A DNA stretch of 64,000 nucleotides from Entomortierella parvispora E1425 (taxonomy: Eukaryota; Fungi; Mortierellomycota). How positions within the stretch are numbered: position 1 is the stretch's first letter; the number at the start of each line of letters is the position of its first letter. The stretch covers positions 124,001 through 188,000 of the forward strand of contig BQFW01000002.1 in assembly GCA_020891255.1 (NCBI GenBank), given 5' to 3'. This document shows positions 23,362 to 36,230 of the stretch, one piece after another. Both the position numbers and the translations under genes were made by a program. Under the pieces are notes generated by a model. That model searched no databases and was not told the origin of the DNA. It was given only the letters and a program-made list of their open reading frames with translations.

Positions 23362-25387
23362 TTAGAAGAGAGCATCACCGTAGGGGAGCTCGGAGGTCTT
23401 TCCGAGGACAACGGTGGTGGGCTTGCTGTTCAACAACTTGGCAGCGAACTATTCGAAAAAAGAGTTGAAAGGAAGTGAAGTCAGTAAAAAAAAAATCAAG
23501 AACAATCAATCTCCTTCACGTCCATGGATAATTCAAGTATTGCATCATTTTTTTGGACATTTTCTTTCTTACCTTGGAAACATCACCAACCTGGACCTTG
23601 TCAAGGGCAGCAAGGGATTCTGAGACAGAGACCTTCTGTCCCTGGAGAGCCTGCTCAGCCAAGACCTCGGTCGAGGCAACACGGGTCTCGTAGCGGGAGG
23701 CAGTCTCGAACTTGGCCTGGGCCAAAGCACGCTTGAACTCCTCATCAGAGACAGACTTGGAGGCAGCCTTCAAGGCACCGACGGCAGTCTTGGCAGCCTC
23801 GGTGATATCCTTGTGGTCAGCCTTGGCGTAGACACCGAAAAGACCGGCATCAGAGTATCCAAAGTTGAAGGCAGAGATCTGAGCACCGTGTCCAATCTTG
23901 CCGGCGGCAGCAGACAAGGGGGAGACACCAGCGGTGGACCACTTGATGAAGCGGTCACCACCCAACAAGGAGCGGAGGACCTGAGCAGTGTAGAACTCGG
24001 GGGTACCGGCAGCAGCGCCCTGGAAGGCAACGGCAACGTGACCGGCATCGGTGGCGGCACCGACACGGACATCACCTCCGAAGTACTTGGCAGCCTCGAC
24101 CTGGGAGGCGGAGCCAGCAGCAACGTGGCTGAAGGCAGAGTCAGCCAAGGACTTGAGCTCAGCCTCGGAGACACCGGTGGCAACGAGAGAGATCTTGTTG
24201 GCAACAAAGTTCTTGGCAGCGAAGGCCTTCAAGTCCTCGGTGGAGATATCAGCGTAGGGGGAGGCGTAGACAGAGTTGCCGAGACCGTTGCGGAAAGCAG
24301 CGGCGTGGAGAGCCTCAACAACGGCAACCTCGGGGGAAGACTCGGCAACGGAGCGCTCAGCAGCAACCTCCTCGGCAACAGCGTGGAACTCGTGATCAGC
24401 GAACTTGGTCTGGGCAACGAGATCGCCAAAGACCTCGACGAAGTATGGGCTATCGATCCAAGGTATAAAAAAAAAAGTCGATCCCATTAGTCCTTGAACG
24501 CCAAAAATTCCTGTAAACCATATATATATCTCGCAGGCTACACCTCCATCCACAATGCTGATCGCGTCCATTGCACTTACACATCCTCCTTCAAGCACTC
24601 AGCGGTGAAGGAAACGGTCTCGCGACCGAGGTTGGAGGAGAGGACACCTCCGACGAGCTCAGTCTCGCGAGTGATGCGGAAAGCAGAGCGCTTGCCGTTG
24701 TTCTAGAAGATATCCCAGACGGACAGGGTCAGTAAAAAGCAATATATCCTCTCCATGCCACCGAATAGGGCTTTGCAACATCTTGGTGGCACGTTTGATC
24801 CGATATTTCCGTAGAGCTCCTTTGCTGGTATTCCGCAATTGGGTCCGGAGCGCACGTCCGGAGCGATTTTGTGTCTATTTTGGTGTTTTGATTGCGTCCT
24901 GATCCACACGCAGGTCCGTCGACTGCCACTCGGAAAGTTCCAGCTATCGCTATCGGTCCTAGGTGCATCCAGTGAGGTGATAACAAACTCTCGGTACGAT
25001 AGACGGAACATGTCCAATTCTCCGAGTCCATCCATGACGCGCCTGCTATTTTTTTCCTGGCTTATTTATGTTGTCTTGCAGTTTTCCGGTGCCTGGATTA
25101 TCTACGACGGAAACAAGAAAGGGCCAAGAGGGAGGACAGGGGGCCACGTTTGGATTGTTTACCTTGAAGCCAAAGTTCTTGACAAAGTGGGCGATACCGG
25201 CCTTGTCCTTGGGCTCGAAGCGGGATCCAGCATTGATGACCAAGGAGACGGATGCGGTGGGGGAGTTCTCGTCCAAGGCAGCAATCTTGATGCCGTTGTT
25301 GGTCTTTGTGACGGCGGTGGCGTAACCGGCCTTGAGGATGGTGGGGACCAAGTTCAAGGTCTTGCGAGCAGAGGAGATGGCGAGCAT
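23362..25387 (-). CDS. QCR2: Ubiquinol-cytochrome c reductase core subunit 2 (peptidase M16 fold)
   Basis: Presequence MLAISSARKT..., SLVINAGSRFEPKDKAGIAHFVKNFGFK, RSAFRITRETELVGG, LHAAAFRNGLGNS, FNFGYSDAGLFGVY; last exon FAAKLLNSKPTTVVLGKTSELPYGDALL*. Confidence 0.93.
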
Positions 25388-25691
25388 GATGTGGAGGAGG
25401 GGGGAGGATGTGCGGAACAGGGAACCGATGGTGATGGGAATGAAGGCAGAGAGACGATCTCTTTAATCCGAATCGCAAACACCGGAGGATGGCGAGCAAG
25501 ATTCGCGAGGGCCGGCGAGAGCAGGAAATGCGATAAGGAATATACTTCGGTGACGTTTTGAAATTTTTAAATTTGGTGGCGCTCCATTTGCCCGGGTTCT
25601 CGGTTGTCCGCAATGGGGGAAGTGGGTGTGGCTCCACTTTTGCTGGCAGTCGATCCCATTCAACCTTCTTCATTCACCAACCCCATTGACA

Positions 25692-26546
25692 ATGTTCAGA
25701 TCGCTCATCACCAGAGGTACAGGGAATATACACCTTGCTTTTTTACACTTCTCGTTGGCTTTGTACTTGACATTCACCCCTTGTCTGTCTCCTGCCCTGT
25801 TTTTCGTTTCCTAGCTCAAAGGCCCGCCGTCGCCTGTGCGTCGTTCTCCACACGCGCCCGCCCTGTCGCACGACCCTTGGCTCCTCTTCGTCCCTCTTCC
25901 CTTGCCAACCATACCCGATTCTACAGCAGCAAGTCTGATGGTGCACGCGCTCAAAACACAAATTCTGCCGGTGTAGGTTTCTCTTTATCCGCTGAAAATG
26001 ACGATCGATGCCCATGAAAACAATCTCTCTCCCTCCCCTGATCACTTTGTCCCAGGAACTGGCAACTGACTACCCAATGCACTTTTTCATCATAGGCCCT
26101 CAACTGGAAGACATTGGCTGTATTCGCCGCTACAGGAGCAGGATTGTTGTATTACTTCCGCTTGGAAAAGCAGAGAGTCGAGGCAGCAAAAGGTATGGAT
26201 GGAGAACTAACTGATTTCCTCGGGAATGAAGATCATGGATGGATCCTGGCTCTAACCTTTTTCTCCTATTCAATACATTACCTTCAATAGAGGAGGAAGC
26301 ACGCCTTGCCAAAGCTAACACAACCTATGGAAAGCCCAAGATCGGAGGACCATTCTCCTTGATTGATCACAATGGCGTCCGCACCACAAACCAGGATTTC
26401 AAGGGTCGCTACATGTTGATCTACTTTGGATTCACAAACTGCCCTGATATCTGCCCTGAGGAGCTTGACAAGATGGCTGAGGTTCTGGACACTGTCAGTA
26501 CGTAGCCTCTCTCATGTCCTAATCTCCTGCAATTGGTTCCGAAACG

Positions 26547-26584
<38 letters not shown>

Positions 26585-27015
26585 TAGGAAAACTATGTTC
26601 TAATCCGCTCTACTCTTTCACAGGCGCCGACCCCGAGATTGGAGACGTCATCACACCCATCTTCATCACCTGCGACCCTCAACGCGATACCGTGGCTGAG
26701 GTGAACGAATACGTCAAGGACTTCCACAAGGATCTCATTGGTTTGACCGGTACCTTGGAGGAAGTGGCTCGTGTTGCAAAGTCTTACCGCGTCTACTTCT
26801 CAAAGCCTCCCAAGCTGGCCCCTGGCGAGGATTACCTCGTGGATCATTCCATCTTCTTCTACCTCATGTCGCCCGAGGGTGACTTTGTGGATTGCTATGC
26901 AAAGGATCATACCGCCGAGCATGTCTCTCAGAGTGTCAAGGATCATATCTTGGCTTACAAGGAAAAGGGCGGCAAGATTGCACCTGCCCTGGGCCCTCGT
27001 CAATCACAGCAATAA
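25692..27015 (+). CDS. SCO1: Cytochrome c oxidase copper chaperone Sco1
   Basis: Presequence, TM exon FNWKTLAVFAATGAGLLYYF, GGPFSLIDH, YFGFTNCPDICPEEL (CxxxC), DYLVDHSIFFYLM. Confidence 0.95.
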
Positions 27016-27066
27016 CAACATTTTGCCATAGAAATCATCCTTCATTTGCATCATAAAAAATATATC

Positions 27067-27226
<160 letters not shown>

Positions 27227-27340
27227 ATCTTGAAAAAAGAGGACTGTATTTTACACTTGGGATTGTCGTCTAACGAAAAGAACCCATTCCATTCTTCTAC
27301 TTTTTTTTTTTTTTTTTTTCAAAATCATTTTTATCTTTGT

Positions 27341-30188
27341 TCACCACTGAAATCCATCTTTGGCAAAACTGGCGTCTGACTGGGAGCCGAGCAAGATCAT
27401 ATCAAGATCTTCTTGAGAGATTGGAGGCTGCTGCATCAGACCATCGTTGGGGAAATCAAAATCAAACATGCTTTGCGATGCCTGCTGTTGCTGTTGCGGT
27501 TGCTGCTGTTGCTGTTGTTTTTGATCTCCAAAGGGATTCGCGCCTGGTTGCTGGCCGAATTGCTGCATAGCTTGTTGGAACGATGGTTGCTGTTGAGTAT
27601 GGTGGTCCATAGAATGTCCGCCGATAGATGTTGGCGACAAGGTAAGGAATTCTGTTTTAAAAAAACAGTTGTAAAGGTCAATGTTAGTTACGCGATGCTC
27701 ATTTCATGGTATCTACGCAAATGTTGAAGGGCAAACAAATCCAAAAACGCTTACCATCCTCAACTCGCTTGATATCAGCACTGCTAGGTCGGTGGGGAAC
27801 ACAGGCGTCGTCAAACATCAATCCATCCACACCAGTGTAGATCGCCTGCTGGCCGAGAGGGCTTTGATGATGGCCATTATATCGACTTGAGGTCACTGAA
27901 CTAAATGATGGTGTTGGCGAAGGCGCGCCCTGTTGCATCGGTGATTGACCATTGAAGAAATCCTCTCCATGAGTGGGCTTGTCCATCAGCTGATTATACA
28001 GCGCCTCTGTTTCGTTCATGGTAGAATCTTGAACGTCTTGATCCATGCCATCGTCGCCCATAGAGTTCGACTCGGGGCTGTGGCTATTCCGGAGTCCACT
28101 TCCAGCTGGACTTGTTTGCGAAGAAGGCGAGGACTTTCTGCTTGCAGGCTTGGGCGCCACGGCCTGTTGACGATGAACGGGATGAATAGGATTCTGATGG
28201 AATGTTCCATCGGATGAAATAAAGGATGATCCCAGCAAGGATGACATGCGGGGTGAGCCTGAAGGGAACACTCCTGTATCTCTGGGTCCACCAGGGAGCG
28301 CAATGTTCCGGGGGAGACTACTTGCTTGAGCACTTCCAGAGCTCTGAGGAGGCGTTGGTCCTGGTGGAATGTTCATTCCATTATTGTTGAAGGAAGTAAA
28401 TGAGGGAGAATGTGCTCCAGATCCTGGGGATCCCATGGGTGCATATGGCGTATACCGAACATTGGAAGGCGAGGAGGCCAGAGGCGAGTTCACAGGTGGA
28501 GATCCGATATGCATATTTCCCAAAGTGCGGTGGAGGGTATTCGAGGGGGAACCGATTGGGACAGGTGCAGAAGCGGCGCTGGAGCGAAGTGATGGGTTGC
28601 GATTGGCACGGATGATATCAATCTCGGCCTGGAGACGCTTGATGAGATCGGCCTTCTTGCCTCCACCATGCTTTCCTCGCTGTCTCAACATCTCTTTGAG
28701 CTCGGCCACCGTGACATCTTCAAAGTCGACACGCTCCATGGCGTCATCTAGATGTCTTTGCTGCTCCTCTGTCCGCGCTTGGGAAGAAGAGTTTCTGGGA
28801 ATAACTCGACCAATCTGAATAGGGGCTGGTGATGAGGTCGGGAGAAGAGCTGGATTACCAACTGGCAAACCTTCAGAGCCGGGGGTAACATTGGAGGGCA
28901 AGACAAATCGTTTCGCCTGAGCGTCCAGTCCGAGGTTCATTGTTGAGGCAACGATTGGTCTGGGCGCCAATGGGGATGGCTCTGAAGTCGACGAACGCCT
29001 TTGAGCATTCAATGCCACCGCGGCCGCGGCCGCCCTACGCTCAGCCAAAGTCATGCCAGGTGCACCCTCGCTCGTAGGCGTCGCCAGTCCAAGAATGGAG
29101 CTCTCCGCGACTGCGCCCAAAGTGGCATTGAACGACTGTGGCTCCGGAGATTGAGCTTCGGCAGAACTGGCCCTTGGTGAAGTCTTCTTTTTTCTGATAG
29201 GTGGCGTTTTGGGTCCATTACTGCCAAGACTGGGGCTCACCATTCCCTGCTGAGCATGGAACTGATGGAGAGCAGCTTCGGCCTTGAGATCGAGAGAACC
29301 TCGGCTGTTCTTGGGAAGACTCTGACCAAACAGAGCTTTGATACCGCCTTGAGAGATTCGCGCTGAAGCAGTCGAAGGGCGGGGTCTGGATTTGATCTTT
29401 GAGCTGCCCGGCGACGATGCAGGGCCAGGCGAAGCTTGCCGTGAGGTAAAATAATCATCACCTCCATAGTTTCCGGGGGAGAGAGGTGAACTGGCGGGAG
29501 AGTGTCCAGTCGGGAATTGGCCCAGTCCCGAGACGAATTGATGCTGCATTGGCATGTTGAATTGAGGCGAGGACGAGTAAGGGACCCCGGGAGCAGGACT
29601 CTGAGGCAACTGAGTCTGACTGGCAAGCTCGAGCTGCATGCGTAATTGGTGCTGCTGCTGCAATTGATAGACTTGCTGCTGTTGGCGAAGGTGAACTTGG
29701 TGTTGGAGGGATTCGCTTGGGCCTTCTCGCTTTTGTTGACGCTCTGCGCGTTCCATGAAAGAGGACGGGTTGGGCATACTAAAGTGGTTACGAGCATTCG
29801 TACCCCAGTTCTCCTCATTCACGTCTGCTTGCAGAATCATGTCTGCCTCGGAGGACTCTCCAAAGGTATCGGAGGCCAAGAAGGTGGTCCAATCGCTCGA
29901 AGTCATGTCGTTCAGGGCATCCTTGTGGCCAGGGTGGAAGGGCACACCCATGGTTGACCCCATGATGGTACCATTATTGGAGGGAACTGAGGACGAGAGT
30001 TGCTGCTGAAATGACGAATGAAATTGAGGGTTTCCCTGCTGCTGAAACTGCTGTTGCTGTTGTTGCTGTAGCTGTGGCTGCTGTTGTTGCTGACTATGGT
30101 TAGGGCCTTGGTCGAGCTGGATCTGCTCGGCTGTCAAGGCCTGGGTCAATAGACTGCTGCTGTTGAGACTCTGTGGTGGGAAATTCAT
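27341..30188 (-). CDS. Q/S/P-rich SAP-domain protein
   Basis: SAP motif FEDVTVAELKEMLRQRGKHGGGKKADLIKRLQ. The long exon ends EDG|gtaagc and the phase-1 acceptor gives EFLTLSPTS...GFQW*. Confidence 0.82.
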
Positions 30189-31692
30189 GCTGGGAGGGAT
30201 CCAAGGGCGGTGCGGTCACACGAGAGCAGATTGACGGTCTATGCGGGTGCAAGGGAACACAAATAAGTTTTCTGGTTAGTTTCTTTTAGTGCGATTTGGG
30301 CTGCAAGGTCTGTGCTTGATAAGGTCAGTTGTAGGACAGGGTGCCCCAGATCATCATGACATGCAAACACGATGGAGAGGGAAAGAATGACGGAGGGTAC
30401 CCATCCTTCTCCTCGACACCGAGCAGCGCAGCGTAGAATGCCAAGACACACACTCACACTTCTACAAACTGCAGAAAGTCAATCCGGGAAAAGCGTATTA
30501 CAAGACAAACTCACTTACAGCAACGAATAACGACCTGGGATTGTGTTGTACTCTGGTGGAAAAGGGTAGCTCCTTGAGGAGTGAAGTCGATTGGTCTTTT
30601 TCTCGAGGGAGAAATGGGTCGAGAAGTGGAAACCGAGAAAGAGAAAAGTTGGTTGGTGCTGCAGAGGAAAGGCTCTCTATTTTTTTTCTGCGGGTTTTTG
30701 GGTCTGGTGATGTGGCTCCTGCGCGGACAGACCGGGAACAAAAATGACAAAGAGAGATTGAGAGAGGAAAAGAAGAGAGACGGCTGAGAGGAGAGAAAGA
30801 AACAAAGTGGGGCTCGGAGTCAAGGATGCAAGCGAGACTGATCACGGAAGATGTGATTGCAATGAGAGAAAAAAAAGAAAAAAAAAAAGTGGAGGAGAGA
30901 CAAGATTGTGATGGATCAGTCAGAGGAGAGGGGCGAAGGTGAATGAGAAGAGGAAGAGTAGGGCCAGAAAATATTGGGTAAAAGATTGAGCTTTGAGACT
31001 GAGGAAGGGATGGGCGGCAAAGAAGAAGAAAGAGGCGACCGTGTGTTGCAGGCAGGCAAAGACGAAGAAGGAATGAATGGAAGGTGGCCGATGAGACACC
31101 AAGTGCTCAGATGGAAGAATGATCTCTGCTGGTTGTCCAGCGACGGTTTCTCCTCTGGTCTCTCTGAAGAGGAAGAAGGAAGGGAAGAATAAGCTGGGAT
31201 GGGGTGCGAATGTTGAAGATGGAAAGAAGGAAGGATGAAGGAATGAATGAACACAGAGATCCGCCTCGGCCGCCTCTCTTCTCTTCCCAGGGAGATCTCT
31301 CTGCCCTTCTGTCCCCCCACGAGATTTTTTTTTTTTTTTTTTTTTTGCTGTGTCGCAGTTGACATTTTTTTTTTTTTTTTTTGCTCTCTCCTCTCTCGGT
31401 TGTTGTTGTTTGTTGTTGTTGACATGGCCGTTGTTGACATGCCGTTTGTTGTTCTCATCCTCTCCAACTGAGAGGAACGCTAATCTGCCCATTTTCAAAT
31501 GCCTCACATTCTCACAACCTTATGGCTCAGCTCATCATCGCCGGACTTCGACTTCCCGTCGGGACATAACCCTCGGTCTCAGGACTTGAAACCGCACTCG
31601 TTCTCTCTCTTGTGCCAACGTGCGCGGGCAAAAAAAAATTCTTGACAAGGGAAATATATTAACTCAGTGGCTAGTTGTGTGAGGCCGTCTCC

Positions 31693-34600
31693 TCATAATG
31701 ACAACTGCTGGATATAGAGGTGTCCGAGAAGGATCCTGGCGGATGGGCGGACGTGATAGTCACTAAAACCGACAAAGGGGAAAGAAGCATGCGATACAGC
31801 GATATACATTTAGAATCAATAAAGTTCGTTTTCTTCCTCGCTTGGACCCTCACTTTTCGTCTCTCCTTCTTTCCTTGGTTCCTCGGTCTCGGTTGATCCG
31901 AACATTAAAAAAAAAAAAAAAAAAAGGTAGCACACTTACACTTCAAAAGTCATCTTTAGAAAGTCCTTGGCGTCGTCTGAAATGTCCTCGGGGATATCAG
32001 GCGTGCAGTTGGATCCAATCTGGAACAGGGCCTGCATCTGTGAAAACTGTGGGAACGGATGTGTACCCGTGAACATCTCCACGATCAAACAACCCAGACT
32101 CCAAATGTCCGCCTTGTACGTCGTCTCGATCTGTTTCACCACCTCTGGAGCCATCCAGAACGTTGAACCTTGAAGCGAGGGCCTTGAGGACTTCACCACA
32201 TTAATTGATTTGAGATCTAAAGCCAATTGACGGTAAATGATCAGTACTTGGCAACGATCGTGGAAAGACCAGTCGTCAGATCACAATGCAAAACAACTTA
32301 CGATCCTCGACCTTCTTGGAGATGCCAAAATCAGAGATCTTGATGCATCCCTTGTTGTCGACCAGAATATTAGCACCTTTGATATCACGATGGATAATAT
32401 CACATTCGTGCAGGTAATCCAAGCCCTCCAAAATTTGCTTGACAAATGACCGGACCAGTACTTCCGAGAACGGTCCATAGTTGGCCAGCAGCGTCGCAAT
32501 GGATCCTCCTGGCACGTATTCCAAAAAGATGTTGATATGACCCTTCTCAATGTCGGATCCAATGTACTGCACAATACGCTCGTGGTGCAGCTCCTTGAGA
32601 AGATCAATTTCTCGTTCCAAGGCTTCGACCAATGTCTTTTGTTTGCCCTCTTTGTAAGAGTTATTCACAGGCAGCTCCACTTGCTTCACTGCCATGAATG
32701 TCCCAAACTGTCGATGCCAGCCCAGCGAAACCTTTGCAAAGGATCCCATGCCGATAAATTTGCCACGGATCCACCAAGAGTAGTCGTTTTCTAGCGGAAT
32801 AACACCATTCTCTCTCGCCGCATCCGTTCCACGGTTTCCAAGACCCAATCCAGGAGCGCGCGGTCTAGGTATTGCCTCCACTGCGCCCACTCTGGGTGAG
32901 AAGGAGGAGAGAGATGAAATGGATCCTGAATATGACTGTCGATTGAGTGATTGAGAACTGTGGTACCGTTGACTGGCGAGGGATATCCGGGAAAGACGAG
33001 CCGCAGTCGCCCGTCGAGTTGCTGCATCGTCCGATCGTGCTGAGCCCGACCGCGAGGGGAGAGAATCGCTCGAGCCGTTCGAAATACCGTTTGAAATACT
33101 ACTCCGTTGACTGAGTGCACTTGCTGGTCGCGAGGGTATCCTTTCGCCGTCGACCATCGTTCGCGTAGCTCCATCTGAATGTTCCGACACAACGACGCCT
33201 GGGATTCCTGGTCTGGGGGTTTCCTGTCTGAGCGGCACCAAGGTATCCTCATCCCCACCTTTTTCTTCATTCTCATCGTCATCCTCGTTAATTTCAGTCT
33301 TTCCTGGAGGATGCTCTCCTGCATTGTCTGTTGATGCCCTTCCAGTGTCCTGTTCATCATCATCAATATCGACCGAGGCCGCCATGGCATCAGCCTCAGC
33401 CTCTTCTGCTGCTGCCTCGTCCGCTTCCTGCAACGAAAGATGGGCCAAAGACTGGGAGAGGACGTCGGCCGCACCAGGCTCAATCATGTACGAGTGACGG
33501 GGTATATAAGAGTTGCGACTCATAATAAACTGAGAGTTTCTGAACAGGAGCGAGTTCCGGACATTGCTGACTTCCTGCAAAAGCTCCTTACGATGACCCG
33601 GGAAGTACTCCGCCAGGTTGTTTTCGATAATCTCGTCTGGGGGTCGCTGTCCAAAGAAGGTCTGCATCTTGGATGACTCCTTGAAAGATTGAGATGTTGG
33701 TGAATGTACATCGGCACTGCTGCCACCACCTGTGGCGTCACCTCCATTGACGGCCCCGCCAATACTGCCCTGGATGCGAACCCTCGAAGCTGTTCCTCTC
33801 CTCTTGAGAACATCGTGACTGACGGGCAGATGCTTTTTGCGCAAAATCAGCCGTTCCTTTTCCGGCCTGTCCAGACTCCTGCAGATGTCGAGCAACTCGT
33901 CATCGTTCAAACTTCGAGCTACGTTTCGTTTTGAAATCGTCGATTAACATGATGAAGGGTTATGACTTTGTTGGTCATTTTGCATAGAACGCATGCTCTT
34001 TTTTTTCCAAAAAAAGGCTTACCATCGCCTGTCTCTCCTGACAATGTAAAAATGGAATAGCGACCCATTTCATCCGTAATGTTGAATTTGTGCAGGACGC
34101 GGGTATAAACAGTAGCCGCGTCGGTCACATCCTGCACATTGACAATCCTCGACTGCCTTCCATCGTCGAAAACTCTGATACAGCGCTACAAAGGGAGCCC
34201 GTGGTCACTCGTTAGTCAATAGTTTCACGTCAAAAGCTCCTGTCGACACACTTTTGCAGACGCCAGGAAAAAAACAGGATCATTACGTGTTTAACAGACT
34301 CCAGGGACATGATATCGCCTTCGTGCGAGGAACGCTATAACAATAAAGACGAACAAAGTCAGTATTTGGCTCCTTCAAAAGTCCTGTAAAAAAAACAGGC
34401 AAAAGTACTCCGAGTCCCGTACAGGTGTCCGTGGTGAGGTAGGTTCTTCAAAATGAGTCTGTTTCTTGGAATTGGACCGTGCCAGCGACTTTGAGTTGGC
34501 CCGCTTCAAATTCAACGTCTTGGAGGAACCAGACCGTTTGAGTGACTTCAACAAGGATCCGTCGCCCAATCCATAATCCTTCTTATTAGGCACTTCCAGT

Positions 34601-35483
34601 TTTTCCTGCTTTGTGTGAATATGGTTGTCAAAACCACAACACAGCAAAAATCGCATCATTTTTTTTTGTTATTGTTGTTGGTGGTTGGGTGGGGTGGGGG
34701 GTGGTTGAGGTAAGGTCGAAGAGGAGGAAAAACAAAACAGGAGGAAACGAAGGAGGAGTTGGGTTAATGCGTTAGAGAAGCACCGGATAAAAAGGGGGGG
34801 GGGGGGGGGCACCAAAAGGGGGAACCAGGACAGAGACACACACAGACACACAGGCACTGCACAACTCAAGGACCTCACAACGGTTGGCCACTAATGCACC
34901 TCTATGTGCTTACCTTATTATAATAACTGCTGACACTGCTTCCATGGCCATTGCTGATACTGCTGCTGTTGTTGCTGTTGTTGCCACTACTTAATTGTCC
35001 GTTGCCATGGTGCCCATTCTGCGAAGGAGGGTGATGAACAGCGAGACATCGGACACGCAGAGTCTTTACAGCCGTCAGAATCCTGATCCTGTCTGCTAAT
35101 GAACTGATGCCCATCTCTTTGAGTGCATAATGGTCCAGTTCGAGCAAGGATGTGCCTCGGACACAGTGTTCTACATTGAAGAAAATGAAGCGCCCAATAG
35201 TGAAATTCGTTCAGTACCCCGTTTCACCTTGGGATGCATTGTCTAGAAAGAAAAAACAACTGCCAGAAAAAGGTATGATGGAATTACCGACAAAGAGATG
35301 ACCGTAATGGCCCATCTTGTGATCCTGAAGCCACAAGGCGATCCCGTCGTCGTCCCATTGGCGCATAATTTCATAGTAGGAGGTCGCATTAGAGTATGCA
35401 TGCAAGTCAAAGGTGGGGGTGGTTGGCGTGGGAGTTCCGCTCGAGGCGGAGAAGGTGAAGGACCGAGGGGACGAGCTGGTCAT
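31693..35483 (-). CDS. STE11: STE11/Byr2-type MAP kinase kinase kinase (SAM + Ras-association + kinase)
   Basis: SAM domain ([22 protein letters not shown]...[14 protein letters not shown]). RA domain ([17 protein letters not shown]...VLHKFNI...[13 protein letters not shown]). Kinase motifs [34 protein letters not shown]; last exon [12 protein letters not shown]...*. Confidence 0.92.
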
Positions 35484-36230
35484 GGTCGTGGGTGGTGAAT
35501 CCCCGCCGGTAAAAGAAGATGTGAAGAGGTCAAAAGAATGCGTGCAACGGAGAGATGAGAGCCGAAAAGAGTATGCACAGAGGAAGGAAGGAAGGGAGAG
35601 CGAAAGAGAAAGAGAGGAGAGGCCAGGAAAGAGGACGAGGAGGAAATGGAAGTGGAGGTGAAAGAGAGGATGCAGGCAGAGACAGCGGGGAGGGAACAAG
35701 GAATGCCGGACACTCAAACCTGCGCTCGAGCACTCATGAAGGGCGAGTATTCCCCTGTCTTGTGGCCAGAGGCCTCTTTCTGTCCACGCCTTGCGCACAA
35801 CACAACCCCGCAACGCCCTGTTCCCTCTTCATCTCATTGTTACACTCCTTCCTTCCATCCTTCTCGCCGCCTACATGTACATTCGTTGCATCTCACGTGT
35901 GAACTTGCATCTCTTCATGCGCTCTTGTTTTGATTCCTTTCTTCATTCTACCTGTTTTGCATGCTATTCCTCTGGTCGATGCATGTTTTCGGAATGGACG
36001 CCACCATTTCTCGTGCAACAACGTGAGAAACAGTAGTTCAAAACCTCCATACAAGATACCCGGGTAAAGCCACACCGCCAAAGTGCAATAGCATTCTTCT
36101 GGGCTCTGTTGGGCGCGAAGTAGCCGCGATAGCAACGCCATCCACCTCGCCGAGAGAGTTTTAGGGTTGGACTAGGTGGCCTGCACCTTGCTCGTTTATT
36201 GGAGGGCCATGCCTGTGGCCCATGGACGCT

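Noticed and set aside
26546-26583. Very long poly(A) tract as a retro-insertion tail
   Set aside because: Long A/T runs occur in many introns across the window, with no TSD or associated element.
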